This document shows, one piece after another, positions 10,801-19,230 of a stretch of 64,000 nt of DNA. Each line of letters opens with the position of its first letter. Position 1 is the stretch's first letter. Location of the stretch: the NCBI GenBank assembly GCA_965243735.1, contig CBDEVZ010000008.1, positions 1,624,302 through 1,688,301 of the forward strand, written 5' to 3'. Under the pieces are notes generated by a model, which saw only the letters and a list, made by a program, of their open reading frames with translations, was not told where the DNA came from and made no database searches. The stretch comes from an uncultured Candidatus Binatia bacterium (lineage in GTDB: Bacteria > Desulfobacterota > Binatia > Bin18). Both the position numbers and the translations under genes were made by a program.

Positions 10801-11279
10801 AGCAGAGCTTCGTGCTGGCCGAGGGCAGCGCACCGACCGGGGCTTCCCGCTCCGGGATAGCCGGGGTGGGCTTGCTGGAAAACCCGAGTGCCACCTCGTT
10901 TCAGAGCGGCGTCGGGGTGCTGTCGGGCTGGGTGTGTGCGGCGGAGGCAGTCACGATTACGCTCGGCGACCTGGCTCCGCAGGTGGCCGGCTACGGCACC
11001 GAACGGCTGGACACGCTGGATGTCTGCGGGGACACGGCCAACGGCTTTGGGCTGTTGTTCAACTGGAACCTGCTGGGCGATGGCGAGCATGAGGTCATTG
11101 CCACGGTGGATGGGACCGAGCTGGCCCGCACGACGGTGCGGGTGACGACCTTGGGCGAGGAGTTCGTGCGGGGGGCCACAGGGGAGTGCATCGTGGCGGA
11201 CTTCCCGCATCCGGGCGAGACCGTCACGCTCACGTGGCAACAGACCAGCCAGAACTTTGTCCTCACCGACGTGGAGTGA
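4887..11279 (+). CDS. Giant secreted protein: signal peptide, spondin_N-like domain (SPDWFVGV), cadherin-like repeats, arylsulfotransferase-like beta-propeller (tentative), multiple Calx-beta and Ig-like domains, Gly-rich linker, PPC, tandem novel CTD (A 10425-10850, B 10868-11276)
   Basis: 2130-aa ORF with GTG/ATG start at 4887/4890. N-terminal hydrophobic signal (WWAAGLLVLLLVGWSASAHA). Calx-beta-like blocks (ASFGAASYSVNEGESVSV...). DVDYFTF PPC motif. The CTD tandem is the same as in the other giants. Confidence 0.85.
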   Translation: MMESNSQFWIWPRWWAAGLLVLLLVGWSASAHAQSAPYQVTFEGNWTTTATPDGVPAGAHFSPLIGAVHNDQVTFWQSGGTASTGIESMAEIGGTSALKSEITNAGSAASSTIERSGNIGVTAEVTVDITLSPTHPLVTLVTMIAPSPDWFVGVADLSLLDAQNKWLASHTINLFPYDAGTEDGTEFSLSNAATDPQGTITSIEGTGKFSNEPMATLTFTLQDAAPEITSATTFPVDEGTTTVTTLTAVDANDDPLTWTIPADAAGGADAAQFTLSSAGVLAFATAPDYEAPADADTDNRYEVTVQVSDGATPVTAALEVTVANVIELTAISGPATVSFDENGWGRVATFTASSEEDRAGIEWVLGGDDAAHFTIDSPPGALRFDIDPVAPRLFAQPPDFDAPVDDDTDNAYALTLLARAGSAISDTAFPVTVTVTDVDEDGTLSLSATRPALGVALTATLADADGVVDESTVWTWERSAGRNVWAAVDGADAAAYTPVAADTGEFLRVTATYTDEHGSGKTVREVAADVVRGPLLTSLTAETTDSQADSTQSLFPAFNAQTLHYGIGCNTTDTMTLTVSGPANARISVDGVQAASATAISVSVGEDDDVSITVTDTSGARTTYTVHCMADELFEFEMHRYPGATDVTEDLYMFTLQGVEYLVALDRNGVPRIGRSAAIRHWFAIRFTRVGADGAYRYAYAPKDGDGYWILDENLEVIDDTVRTVAPLTTINWHDFRLLEDGNYLLMAWEPATRDLSGLDLPFPAGQDFTAVSVLDSAAQIVTPDGEAVFNWNSWDQVALEDCVQHRFPVVLPAAPQGRQAGGGYAHINGMDVADGVFVGSLRGCSQVVGVDLDTEEVIWRMGRTNLSDEEWRERGLVPPLDLINDPEGEFCGQHTTQFLPNGNVFFYDNGVVCVIDPLTFEELGREGRDFSRAVEYALDLDNDEAVFVRDHSLHGERVHLAPATGSVDPLDNGDWLVSWGRPSEEYLPNNEAVTLVDPDTGQEKLAIRFTVVDPNAERLRHINASVVPAEALAPQPTPLTAEITDSPSPATFHTGAEGAPQVVVAFSRPVVDFAPTTPSLSVTGATVASVSAHVVAGAPANAYLVTLTPDGDGAITFGFVTDQPCADGGICTADGTPLSEVPTALTIPGPVTASFGAASYSVNEGESVSVVVELDRAHGRPGDVTIPLAVESGSTATATDYTLPLQVTFGPSETRQTVSLATHADTSLEEAETVEVTFGALPSGVNAGTTTVTSVTITDRTPAARFNLTLNPTTIVEGGTADVRASITNGVTFTTDQTLTLGFSGSATQETDYTIDSATLSLLAGQSSVATILRATDDADTEPAETIRVAVHHETTQVATQTATVPASDQPAVTPQIAVRAGRNPAQEAEGALFTVTRTGETTTNLTVAVEVTASGSMPLAGTPPTAVTFSVGQENVSLAVPTVDDTIIEGPSERSVVRAEVVADPNTPPLYLRGSPASAEVTVEDDDEAEFGVTVAPNPVAEGSTANAQVAITNGVTFTDDQTVSLTFSGVATRETDYTVGATTLTLTAGQSSVVATLSVTDDGDKEPAESVHIIAQHAGREVGRATLTIAASEDTKPPTLERAEVLRDGRTLRLTFSEPLDEAAPYRPAATAFAVTVAGAPRGVRTVTLTGETVVLGLARPVGPGQEVTVSYTAPESGSGHPALQDPAAHVVASFVDAAVDNQAQARSQPPGGSGGGGGGGGSGSGGSPDAHGNTAAQATVVSLGAPAPWRSATSGQLSPASDVDYFTFTVPQAGVLVAETTGATATVGTVWQDGVALGTAASGGAGPNFRLTVPVHAGPVVVAVRGQGEQTGAYRLVTRLVVGFLENPGPDSFQSGIGVVSGWVCGAARVEIALNGVLHEAAYGTERLDTEPVCGASATGFGVLFNWNLLGDGAHEVVAFVDGIELTRATVTVTTLGEEFVRGVSGECTVADFPSGGETATLAWQEAQQSFVLAEGSAPTGASRSGIAGVGLLENPSATSFQSGVGVLSGWVCAAEAVTITLGDLAPQVAGYGTERLDTLDVCGDTANGFGLLFNWNLLGDGEHEVIATVDGTELARTTVRVTTLGEEFVRGATGECIVADFPHPGETVTLTWQQTSQNFVLTDVE

Positions 11280-11285
11280 GCCCCG

Positions 11286-11508
11286 CCAGAGCTAGGGCGT
11301 TTCACGTTAGGCTGTAGTCATGCCGTTCCGCTCTCGTTCTGCTGGCCGCGATCCGATATCCCTGCTTCGACTTCGCTCCGCTACGCTCAGCACGAACGGG
11401 AGACCGTTAGTCCTGAGCCTGTCCTGAGCCGTGTAGGTCAGGTTAGCCGGAGGCGTAACCTGACATCCCGTACGTGTCGGATTACGCTCCGCTCATCCGA
11501 CCTACTAC
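11286..11508 (+). repeat. MITE-like palindromic repeat (halves A+B) inserted at the 3' end of the preceding gene
   Basis: Half A (11286-11400) matches the reverse complement of 44700-44800. Half B (11428-11508) is near-identical to 54456-54537 and to the reverse complement of 49715-49796. B contains two 9-bp-stem hairpins: GTCAGGTTA-N10-TAACCTGAC and GTCGGATTA-N8-TAATCCGAC. Confidence 0.6.
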
Positions 11509-11586
11509 TTCCCGCATCCGGGCGAGACCGTCACGCTCACCTGGCAGGAGTCCAGCCAGAACTTTGTCCTCACCGACGTGGAGTGA
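11509..11586 (+). repeat. Imperfect ~78-bp duplicate of the last ~25 codons + stop of the CTD gene (cf. 11202-11279)
   Basis: CTTCCCGCATCCGGGCGAGACCGTCACGCTCAC...GTGGAGTGA is repeated with 5 mismatches. The two copies encode WQQTSQNFVLTDVE* and WQESSQNFVLTDVE*. Confidence 0.6.
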
Positions 11587-11706
11587 GCCCCGCCGGGGGC
11601 AGTCACCACCTACTCGGGCCTCTTTTTTCCCATTTTTCGTTTTTTCTTGTCCTTTCTACCCATCTGGGCAGCGATATTTTCATACCGATGTGGTGTGGGC
11701 AGCAGA
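11587..11706 (+). promoter_or_regulatory. Post-stop module M2: hairpin GCCCCGCCGGGGGC (11587-11600), CT tract, palindrome CTACCCATCTGGGCAGCG (11656-11673), GTGTGGGCAG box (~11694)
   Basis: Member of the conserved module family described for M1. Confidence 0.4.
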
Positions 11707-11748
11707 ACTCTTCGCTTGGTGTCCGCTTGGGCTTCGGAGTTGGCTGAT

Positions 11749-12054
11749 ATGCATATTGAACACATGGGTTTGCCTGCCGCCTCCCCAGACAGGGGAAGTC
11801 GGGAGTGGGAGGCGGGACGACAGGAACGGGCCAGGTCGCTGATAAACGGGCGGTTCCTCGCCGCGCTGCCCGTCCTCGTCCTGATGACCCTGGTGGTCAA
11901 CGGGGCGACCGTGGCGGGCACGGTACGGACATTGGACGGAACCTATCATATCCGCTCGGTGGGTGACGGCTTATACGCCATCAGCGAGGTAGAGGAGCCT
12001 TCGCTCAACTGCGGGGTCGAGGAGCCCCATGCTGAGACGGATCACCAGCATTGA
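11749..12054 (+). CDS. Small (~101 aa) protein with hydrophobic segment and C-terminal ...LVVNG.TV.GTVR...IRSVG.GLY.ISEV.E.PLNCGVE.PH.ETDHQH; propeptide-like partner of the downstream metzincin
   Basis: ORF 11647..12054, trimmed to ATG 11749 because the listed 11647 start overlaps palindrome M2. Paralog of ORF 22959..23579. Its TGA stop overlaps the TTG start of the next gene (ATTGA). The NCGVEEP motif resembles a metzincin cysteine switch. Confidence 0.5.
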   Translation: MHIEHMGLPAASPDRGSREWEAGRQERARSLINGRFLAALPVLVLMTLVVNGATVAGTVRTLDGTYHIRSVGDGLYAISEVEEPSLNCGVEEPHAETDHQH

Positions 12055-15000
12055 CGACATCGCCGGCCTCCTGGACTCTCTCCCGACACCTCATACGCCT
12101 GCTGCTCGTGGTGCTCGTGCTCCTGCCCTGCTTGCCAGGGGGGCTCGTCCACGCGCAGTCGGTGATTGATGTCGCCGTCTTCTATACGACCGCCGCCAAA
12201 GACGATGAGGGCGGGACCGATCAGATCAAGACCAAGATCGACGAGATGGTTGCAGCGACCAACCTCGCCTACGCAGACAGTGGCGCGAACCAGACCATCA
12301 AATTGGTGCATGTAGGAGAAGTAGCATACACCGCGTCGGACAGGCTGAGTACAGATCGCAGTCGTCTCGAGAATCCGTCGGACGGCCATATGGACGAAGT
12401 CCACGCCACTCGTGACCGAGTCTGGGCGGACATCGTCATACTGCTCCGCCGTCCGGGCGACGTAGGGGGGGTGGCGTCCCTGATGCACACGCTATCGACG
12501 GACCATGCCGCCGAAGCCTTTGCCGTTTCTACCGTCCACGCCGGCAATTTCATGCATGAACTGGGCCACATCATGGGGCTTGCCCATGACCGGTATGAAG
12601 CCTGCTCGCACGATACAAGCAATCCGCAGTGTCCCACGCTGGTGACACCCTACGCGTATGGCTATGTGAACCAGGAGGCGTTTGAGTCGGGAGCGTCATC
12701 ATCAAAACGGTGGCGCACGATCATGTCATACTCTAATCAGTGTGACGATGCCGGGGTTTCCTGTTCCCCGAGCTTGCTCCGCTTCTCCAATCCAAATAAG
12801 ACCTACCGGGGCGATCCCATGGGCGCGGCCGGTACCCAGTTCACGAACGATCTGGACGGGCCGGTCGATGCGGCGCGCACCCTTAACGACACCCGCCGGA
12901 CCGTGGCGAACTTTCGGCAGGGGCGAGCCGTGCAGGTGAGCTTTGGGTCCGCGACCTACGCGGCGACCGAAGGGGGGCGGGCGCTCGTGGCGGTGAAGCT
13001 GAACACTGCGCCGGGCCGGGAGTTGGTCATTCCGCTCACGGCGCGGAGCACGGACGGGGCGTGGTCCGGCGACTATAGCCTGCCGACGAGCGTGACCTTC
13101 AGCTCCACCGCTGTCAGAAAGACCTTCATCTTCGAGGTCACCGACGACGCCATCGACGAGCGCGCCGAGACCGTCGAGCTGGGCTTCGGGCTGCCGCTGC
13201 CCGGCGGCGTCACCGTGGGCAGTCAGGACAGTGCGACAGTGACCCTGCGGGACAACGATCCCGCGACAACCGCCGCCCCGCACATCAGCACGGTCGCCAT
13301 CACCTCGGACCCTGGGCCGGGCGGCGTCTACTCCGTCGGCGATCAGATCGAGGTGACGGTCGTCTTCACCAAGCCTGTGACCGTGATCGGGACACCCGTG
13401 CTCGCGCTGACGGTCGGCACGGATACGCGCCAGGTGCTGTGTCGGGACGCGGCGAGCGAGACCCTGACGTGTGCCGACAGCGTTCCGCTGGGCGCCAGTG
13501 ACGCCGACGGGGTGAGCGTCGCGGCAAACAGCCTGAGACGGGCCGGGGCGACGATCCGGGACGCCGACAACCAGAACGCCACCCTGACCCATGCCGCCGT
13601 AGCCGCTGACAGCGGCCACGCCGTGGACGCGGTGAAGCCGGTGTTGCAAACCGCGACCGTGGATGGCGGGACAGTAAAATTGACGTATAACGAAGCGCTG
13701 GACGAGACCTCAGTTCCCACAGCGGACGCTTTTACGGTGAGCGTCGATGGGACGACCCGGCCGATTGACAGCATACAGATATCCGGGCAGGTCGTCACGC
13801 TGAGACTGGTCTCCTGGATACGTGCCGGCCGACTCGTGCGGCTGAGATACCGTCTCCACGGCCGCGACTTCATTCAGGACGTGCCCGGTAACCTCGCCCT
13901 GGCTTTTTCCAACCAGACGGTCCAGAACCTGACCCCGGAGCCGGTGTACGACGCGGACGCGGACGGGCTGATTGAAATCACGACCCTGGCCCAGTTGGAT
14001 GCGATCCGGCACGATCTGGACGGTGATGGCACGCCGACGGACACCGGGGCAGCAGCCTATGCCACAGCGTTTCCCGATGAGATACGGGTCGTCTGCGACA
14101 CCAGTAGCGAGGTCTGCGAGGGGTATGAGCTGACGGCCGACCTGGACTTCGACACCGACGAGGACGGGCAGGTCGATGCGGAAGACACCGCCTACTGGAA
14201 CGACGGGAAGGGCTGGCAACCCATCGGCACGAGTGCTGACGCGTTCCATGCGATGTTTGAGGGCAACGGCCACACCATCCGCCATCTCTTTGTTGATCGG
14301 GACACTTCCTACACGGGACTGTTCGGTCAGACAGGCTATCACTGCGATATCCGTGGTGTCGGGCTGATCGATGTCGAAGTGACGGGGAACAACTACGTCG
14401 GAGGACTGGTCGGAGACAATGGTGGCCTGATTCACGCCAGCTACGCGACCGGGCGGGTGACGGGGAACAGCGACATCGGGGGGCTGGTCGGGAGAAATGC
14501 TGGCGGCGGGATCACGACCAGTTATGCGACTGGGCGGGTGACGGGCGTGTCGCGGGTGGGGGGGCTGGTCGGAGACAATGGCAGTAGCTTTGGCTTTGGC
14601 GCGATCACGGCCAGCTACGCGACCGGACGGGTGCCGGGCCAGGACCGGGTGGGGGGGCTGGTCGGGAGCAACGGTGGCACGATCACGGCCAGCTACGCGA
14701 CCGGGCGAGTGACAGGCCGCCGGGTGCGGGTGGGGGGGCTGGTTGGATACAATGTTGGTGGCACGATCACCACCAGCTACTGGGACACGGCCACCTCGGG
14801 CCGGTCGAGCGGGTCTCTTGGGACGGGCCAGACCACCGCCCAGTTGCAGACGCCTACCGGCTATAGCGGGATTTATGCGGACTGGAACGTGGACCTGGAC
14901 GGCGATGGTACGGACGACGACCCGTGGCACTTCGGCTCAGGGAGCCAGTATCCGGCGCTGCGGGTAGACTTTGACGGGGATGAGACGGCGAGCTGGCAGG

Positions 15001-18000
15001 AGTTCGGCTATCAGCTCCGCGCCGGTTCGACCCTGACGACGATGGCCGAGACGGGGCCCATGGAGCTGAGCTGGACGGCGGCGGACGTGAGTGATTGGAC
15101 CCCCGCGCCGGACGTGACCTACGCCGTCTACCGCAACACCGGCTCGACACCCGTCGCGCAAGACCTCACCGCGCGCGAGTATGCCGACCCCGCTGTGATC
15201 CGTGGCACCACCTACGCCTACCAGGTGGCTGCGGTGGTGGATGGGGGGGAAGCCGCCCGCAGTGGGCTCGTAGAGGCGACCGCGCCCAACCAGCCGCCGA
15301 TGTTCGATGACGTGACCGGCACGGCCCGCACCATCGCCGAGAACACGCCGGCGAACCGGCCCATCGGGGAGCGGGTGACGGCGACGGACCCGGACGGCGA
15401 CCAACTGACCTACTACCTGGAAGGCACGGACGCGGACTTCTTTTCCATCACTGGAAGGACCGGCCAGCTACGGACCAAGGCCGCGCTGGACTACGAGACC
15501 CAGGACACCTACGCAGTCACCGTGGCGGTCCGGGACAGCAAGGACATCAACGACACGGCCGACATGGCGATGGATGATGAGATCGATGTGACCATCACCG
15601 TTGCCGATGTGAACGAGGCGCCGGTGTTCGATGCGAGTCTCCCCACCACCTACCGTGTGGCCGAGAATACGCCACGGGGCCAGCGTATCGGGGTCTTCTC
15701 CGCTATGGACCCGGACACCTTGACCCCGGACTATGCCGACCTGACCTACAGTCTGAGCGGCACCGACGCCGCAGTGTTCTTCCTTGACCCCATCACCGGG
15801 GAGTTACAGACCCGCGAACCCCTGGACTACGAGAGCCGGCACACCTATCAGGTCGCCGTGGCGGTTCGCGACGGCAAGGATGCCGACGGCGTTGAAGCGC
15901 TGACGGAGACGGATGCCGAACTTGCGGTGACGATCACTGTCCTGAACGTGGATGAAGCGGGCATGGTCGCGCTGTCGTCAAGCCTGCTGCAGGAGAAACG
16001 GGCGCTGACGGCCACACTGAGCGACGTGGACGGGACGCTGAGCGCCATCACGTGGCAGTGGGCGCGGTCTCCCGACCAGACCACCTGGACCGACATCCCC
16101 GGGGCGATGTCCAGCGGGGCGCTGACGGCGACCTACACGCCGGACGCGACCGACGTGGGGCAATACCTGCGGGCGAGGGCGATGTACACCGACGGCCACA
16201 GCATGGGGAAGACCGCCCAGGCGGTGACGGGCACCACAGTGCAGGCCGCCCCGCAGGTACGGTTGGTGCTGTCGCCGGATGCGTCGATCACGGAGAGCGG
16301 CACGGGGAACACCGTCACCGTGACCGCCGAACTGACGCCGGCGGCTGAGGACGAGACGGCGGTGAAGCTGAGCGAGATGCCGGAGCACTACACCTTGAGC
16401 GGCACCACCCTGACCATCCCGCTGGGCGCCACGCACAGCAACGCCGTGACACTGACGGCTACGGACGACGCCGTGGACGGGCCGGAGGAGACCAAGGCAA
16501 TCCCTGTCACGGGGATACTCACCAAGAACCTCCTGGTGACCGCTCCGGATGCGGTCACGCTTCGCATCACGGATGACGATACCCGCGGAGTGATGGTCAC
16601 CCCGACCGAGCTGACCGTAGAAGAAGGTTCGTCCGAGGACTACGAGGTGATCCTGACTTCCGAGCCGACGGAACCGGTGACCGTGACGGTGACCGCGCCG
16701 ACGAACCCGGACGTGACCGTGAACCGGACCGAGCTGGTCTTTCAGCCGGGGCGCTGGAATACGGCGCAGCCAGTAACAGTGGCGGCGGCGCAGGACCCCA
16801 CCGCCGATGACGAGCCGGCGACGATCAGCCACACGGTGAGCGGCGGGGACTACACCGGAGAAAGCGTGGAACCGGTGGCCGTGACGATCGAAGACGACGA
16901 GGGGCCATCCACGGCGGTCGTGCTGAGCGTGCAGCCACCGACGGTGGGAGAAGGAAGCAGCCGGACGGTGACGGTGAGGGGCAGCCTCAATCGGGCGCTG
17001 CGCCAGCAGGCGACCCCGGTGAGTGTGGAGGTCGAGGCGGGCACGGCCACACAGGGCACGGACTTCACCGCCATATCGCCCTTCACCCTGACAATTCCGG
17101 CGAACACGAAGAGCGGGACGGCAACCTTCACCCTGACGCCGGTAGACGACAGCCTGGATGAGCCGGATGAGACCGTGACGGTGAGCGGCAGTACCACAGT
17201 TGGGCTGGATGTGACCGATGCGTCGCTGACCATCACCGACACCGACGCGCCGCCCACGGTGACACTGATCCTGACCCCGGACGCAATCGGCGAAGACGGT
17301 GGGCAGAGCACGGTCACGGCGACGCTCAGCCATCCGTCGAGTGCGGCGACGGAGGTCGCAGTGGCGGTCACGGCAGACGCGGACGTCGTGCGACAAAGCG
17401 GCACCACCCTGACGATTGCAGCCGGAGAGACAGCCAGCACCGGGACCGTGACGCTGACGGCGGTGGACAACTCCGTCGACGCGCAGGACACGCTGGTGAC
17501 GGTGAGCGGGCAGGCAGACAACGCGCTGGCTGTGAACGGGCCGGCTGCGGCCACGTTGACCATCACCGATGACGATCCGCCGGAGGTGGAGGGCGAGAGC
17601 GCTCCACAGTACGTGGAGCACGACACCGCGCCGGTGGCCACGTACACGGCCACGAACCCGGCCGGCGGCAGGTTGACGTGGTCTCGGTCCGGGCCGGATG
17701 CGAGCGAGTTCCGTGTCGACCAGAACGGCGTGCTGCGCTTCGTTGCGCCACCCGACTTTGAGGCGAGGCGGAGCAATGTCTACCACGTGACGGTCGCCGC
17801 CTCCGACGGAACCCGCACCGGCTCCCTCGCTGTCACCGTCACTGTGCAGGATGCCCCCGGTACGGTCCGCCTGTCTCCGGCGCAGCCCCGGATCGTCTCG
17901 CCGCTGCGCGCGACGCTGCGCGACCCGGACGGGGTGGAGACGGTCGCCGAGTGGTGCTGGGAGCGGTCCCGCTACCACGACTTTCAGACCGATAGCAGCC

Positions 18001-19100
18001 TCCTTGCCTGCACCGTCACCGACAGCGCCGCCGCCACCTATCAACCGGAGGACGCCGACCTCGGCTACTATCTGCGGGCCACCGCGACCTATACCGACGG
18101 CCACGGCGCGACCAACAAAACGGCGGCGGCGGCCACGACCACGACCGTCTCGGTTCGGCCGCCCCCGTCTCAGGGCGGTGGCGGGAGCAGCGGCGGCAGC
18201 GGCAGTAGCAGCGGCGGTGGCGGTCAGCCGCAGGAAGCCCCCATCGGATATTTGGAGAACCCGGGGACTCATTCCTTTCAGAGTGGGATCGGCATCATTT
18301 CGGGTTGGGTGTGTGCGGCGGAGACCGTGGAGATAGAGCTTGCCGGCGTGCGGCAGCCGGCGGCGTACGGCACGGCGCGGCTGGACACCCACGGCGTGTG
18401 CGGAGATGCGGACAACGGGTTTGGGTTGCTGCTCAACTGGAACCTGCTGGGCGACGGCGCACATGAGGTCGCGGCCTACGTGGATGGTATTGAGTTGGGC
18501 CGGGCGACGGTGACGGTGACGACGCTGGGGGAGGAGTTCGCGCGGGGGGTGAGCGGGGAGTGCACCGTCGAAGACTTTCCGAGTGCGGGCGAGGGGGTGC
18601 GGTTGGTGTGGCAGGAGGCGCAGCAGAACTTCGTGCTGGCCGAGGGCAGGGCGCCTACGGGCGTGCACCGGTCGGGAACCGCCAACGTAGGCTATCTGGA
18701 GAACCCGAGTCCGCACTCGTTTCAGAGTGGCATTGGGGTCATCTCGGGTTGGGTGTGCGAGGCCGAGGAAGTCGTCATCACGCTCGGAGACCTGGCCCCA
18801 CAGGCAGCGGGCTATGGCACGGAGCGGCTGGACACGCGAGATGTCTGCGGAGACACGGACAACGGCTTCGGGTTGTTGTTCAACTGGAATTTGCTCGGTG
18901 ATGGGGAACATGTGGTCGTGGCGGTCGTGGACGACGTGGAACTGGGCCGGACCACCGTGCGGGTGACGACCCTGGGCGAGGAGTTCGTACGGGGAGCCGA
19001 GGGGGAATGTACCGTCCCGGACTTCCCCAGTCCGGGGGAGCGTGTGACGCTCACCTGGCAGCAGAACAGTCAGAATTTTGTCGTCACGGGAGTGGAGTGA
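12051..19100 (+). CDS. Giant secreted metzincin: signal peptide, reprolysin-like Zn-metalloprotease domain (HELGHIMGLAHD), Calx-beta, Ig-like (SwmB-like), GLUG-like Gly-rich repeats (GGLVG...SYATGRV), FN3, cadherin repeats, Calx-beta array, Gly/Ser linker, tandem novel CTD (A ~18247-18650, B ~18690-19097); no PPC
   Basis: 2349-aa ORF. HExxHxxGxxHD zinc site. Repeated GGLVG motifs. Cadherin-like DPDGD...LDYE. The CTD tandem is the same as in the other giants. Start listed as TTG 12051; GTG ~12108 is an alternative. Confidence 0.85.
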   Translation: MTTSPASWTLSRHLIRLLLVVLVLLPCLPGGLVHAQSVIDVAVFYTTAAKDDEGGTDQIKTKIDEMVAATNLAYADSGANQTIKLVHVGEVAYTASDRLSTDRSRLENPSDGHMDEVHATRDRVWADIVILLRRPGDVGGVASLMHTLSTDHAAEAFAVSTVHAGNFMHELGHIMGLAHDRYEACSHDTSNPQCPTLVTPYAYGYVNQEAFESGASSSKRWRTIMSYSNQCDDAGVSCSPSLLRFSNPNKTYRGDPMGAAGTQFTNDLDGPVDAARTLNDTRRTVANFRQGRAVQVSFGSATYAATEGGRALVAVKLNTAPGRELVIPLTARSTDGAWSGDYSLPTSVTFSSTAVRKTFIFEVTDDAIDERAETVELGFGLPLPGGVTVGSQDSATVTLRDNDPATTAAPHISTVAITSDPGPGGVYSVGDQIEVTVVFTKPVTVIGTPVLALTVGTDTRQVLCRDAASETLTCADSVPLGASDADGVSVAANSLRRAGATIRDADNQNATLTHAAVAADSGHAVDAVKPVLQTATVDGGTVKLTYNEALDETSVPTADAFTVSVDGTTRPIDSIQISGQVVTLRLVSWIRAGRLVRLRYRLHGRDFIQDVPGNLALAFSNQTVQNLTPEPVYDADADGLIEITTLAQLDAIRHDLDGDGTPTDTGAAAYATAFPDEIRVVCDTSSEVCEGYELTADLDFDTDEDGQVDAEDTAYWNDGKGWQPIGTSADAFHAMFEGNGHTIRHLFVDRDTSYTGLFGQTGYHCDIRGVGLIDVEVTGNNYVGGLVGDNGGLIHASYATGRVTGNSDIGGLVGRNAGGGITTSYATGRVTGVSRVGGLVGDNGSSFGFGAITASYATGRVPGQDRVGGLVGSNGGTITASYATGRVTGRRVRVGGLVGYNVGGTITTSYWDTATSGRSSGSLGTGQTTAQLQTPTGYSGIYADWNVDLDGDGTDDDPWHFGSGSQYPALRVDFDGDETASWQEFGYQLRAGSTLTTMAETGPMELSWTAADVSDWTPAPDVTYAVYRNTGSTPVAQDLTAREYADPAVIRGTTYAYQVAAVVDGGEAARSGLVEATAPNQPPMFDDVTGTARTIAENTPANRPIGERVTATDPDGDQLTYYLEGTDADFFSITGRTGQLRTKAALDYETQDTYAVTVAVRDSKDINDTADMAMDDEIDVTITVADVNEAPVFDASLPTTYRVAENTPRGQRIGVFSAMDPDTLTPDYADLTYSLSGTDAAVFFLDPITGELQTREPLDYESRHTYQVAVAVRDGKDADGVEALTETDAELAVTITVLNVDEAGMVALSSSLLQEKRALTATLSDVDGTLSAITWQWARSPDQTTWTDIPGAMSSGALTATYTPDATDVGQYLRARAMYTDGHSMGKTAQAVTGTTVQAAPQVRLVLSPDASITESGTGNTVTVTAELTPAAEDETAVKLSEMPEHYTLSGTTLTIPLGATHSNAVTLTATDDAVDGPEETKAIPVTGILTKNLLVTAPDAVTLRITDDDTRGVMVTPTELTVEEGSSEDYEVILTSEPTEPVTVTVTAPTNPDVTVNRTELVFQPGRWNTAQPVTVAAAQDPTADDEPATISHTVSGGDYTGESVEPVAVTIEDDEGPSTAVVLSVQPPTVGEGSSRTVTVRGSLNRALRQQATPVSVEVEAGTATQGTDFTAISPFTLTIPANTKSGTATFTLTPVDDSLDEPDETVTVSGSTTVGLDVTDASLTITDTDAPPTVTLILTPDAIGEDGGQSTVTATLSHPSSAATEVAVAVTADADVVRQSGTTLTIAAGETASTGTVTLTAVDNSVDAQDTLVTVSGQADNALAVNGPAAATLTITDDDPPEVEGESAPQYVEHDTAPVATYTATNPAGGRLTWSRSGPDASEFRVDQNGVLRFVAPPDFEARRSNVYHVTVAASDGTRTGSLAVTVTVQDAPGTVRLSPAQPRIVSPLRATLRDPDGVETVAEWCWERSRYHDFQTDSSLLACTVTDSAAATYQPEDADLGYYLRATATYTDGHGATNKTAAAATTTTVSVRPPPSQGGGGSSGGSGSSSGGGGQPQEAPIGYLENPGTHSFQSGIGIISGWVCAAETVEIELAGVRQPAAYGTARLDTHGVCGDADNGFGLLLNWNLLGDGAHEVAAYVDGIELGRATVTVTTLGEEFARGVSGECTVEDFPSAGEGVRLVWQEAQQNFVLAEGRAPTGVHRSGTANVGYLENPSPHSFQSGIGVISGWVCEAEEVVITLGDLAPQAAGYGTERLDTRDVCGDTDNGFGLLFNWNLLGDGEHVVVAVVDDVELGRTTVRVTTLGEEFVRGAEGECTVPDFPSPGERVTLTWQQNSQNFVVTGVE

Positions 19101-19230
19101 CGCCGGTCTCGCACTCTTCCGGGGCGGGTGCGGCCTGTTCGGCCTTCTTTTTTCTCGTGGTCCTGTTTTTTTGGTCTTTGCTGCCCATTTAGGCAGCGCA
19201 TTTCTCCTCCCAATCGAGTACAGGCAGGGA
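19101..19230 (+). promoter_or_regulatory. Post-stop module M3: weak hairpin + T-tract (19141-19180), palindrome CTGCCCATTTAGGCAGCG (19181-19198), GAGTACAGGCAG box (~19216)
   Basis: Conserved module family. GCGTATGCGGACGGAGCCTGACC (~19290) also recurs after gene 1 (~4835). Confidence 0.4.

Noticed and set aside
12051-12054. Programmed frameshift/readthrough fusing the small propeptide-like ORF to the metzincin giant
   Set aside because: Each downstream giant begins with its own canonical signal peptide immediately after the junction, which argues for separate coupled translation. Kept only as an alternative inside the finding.
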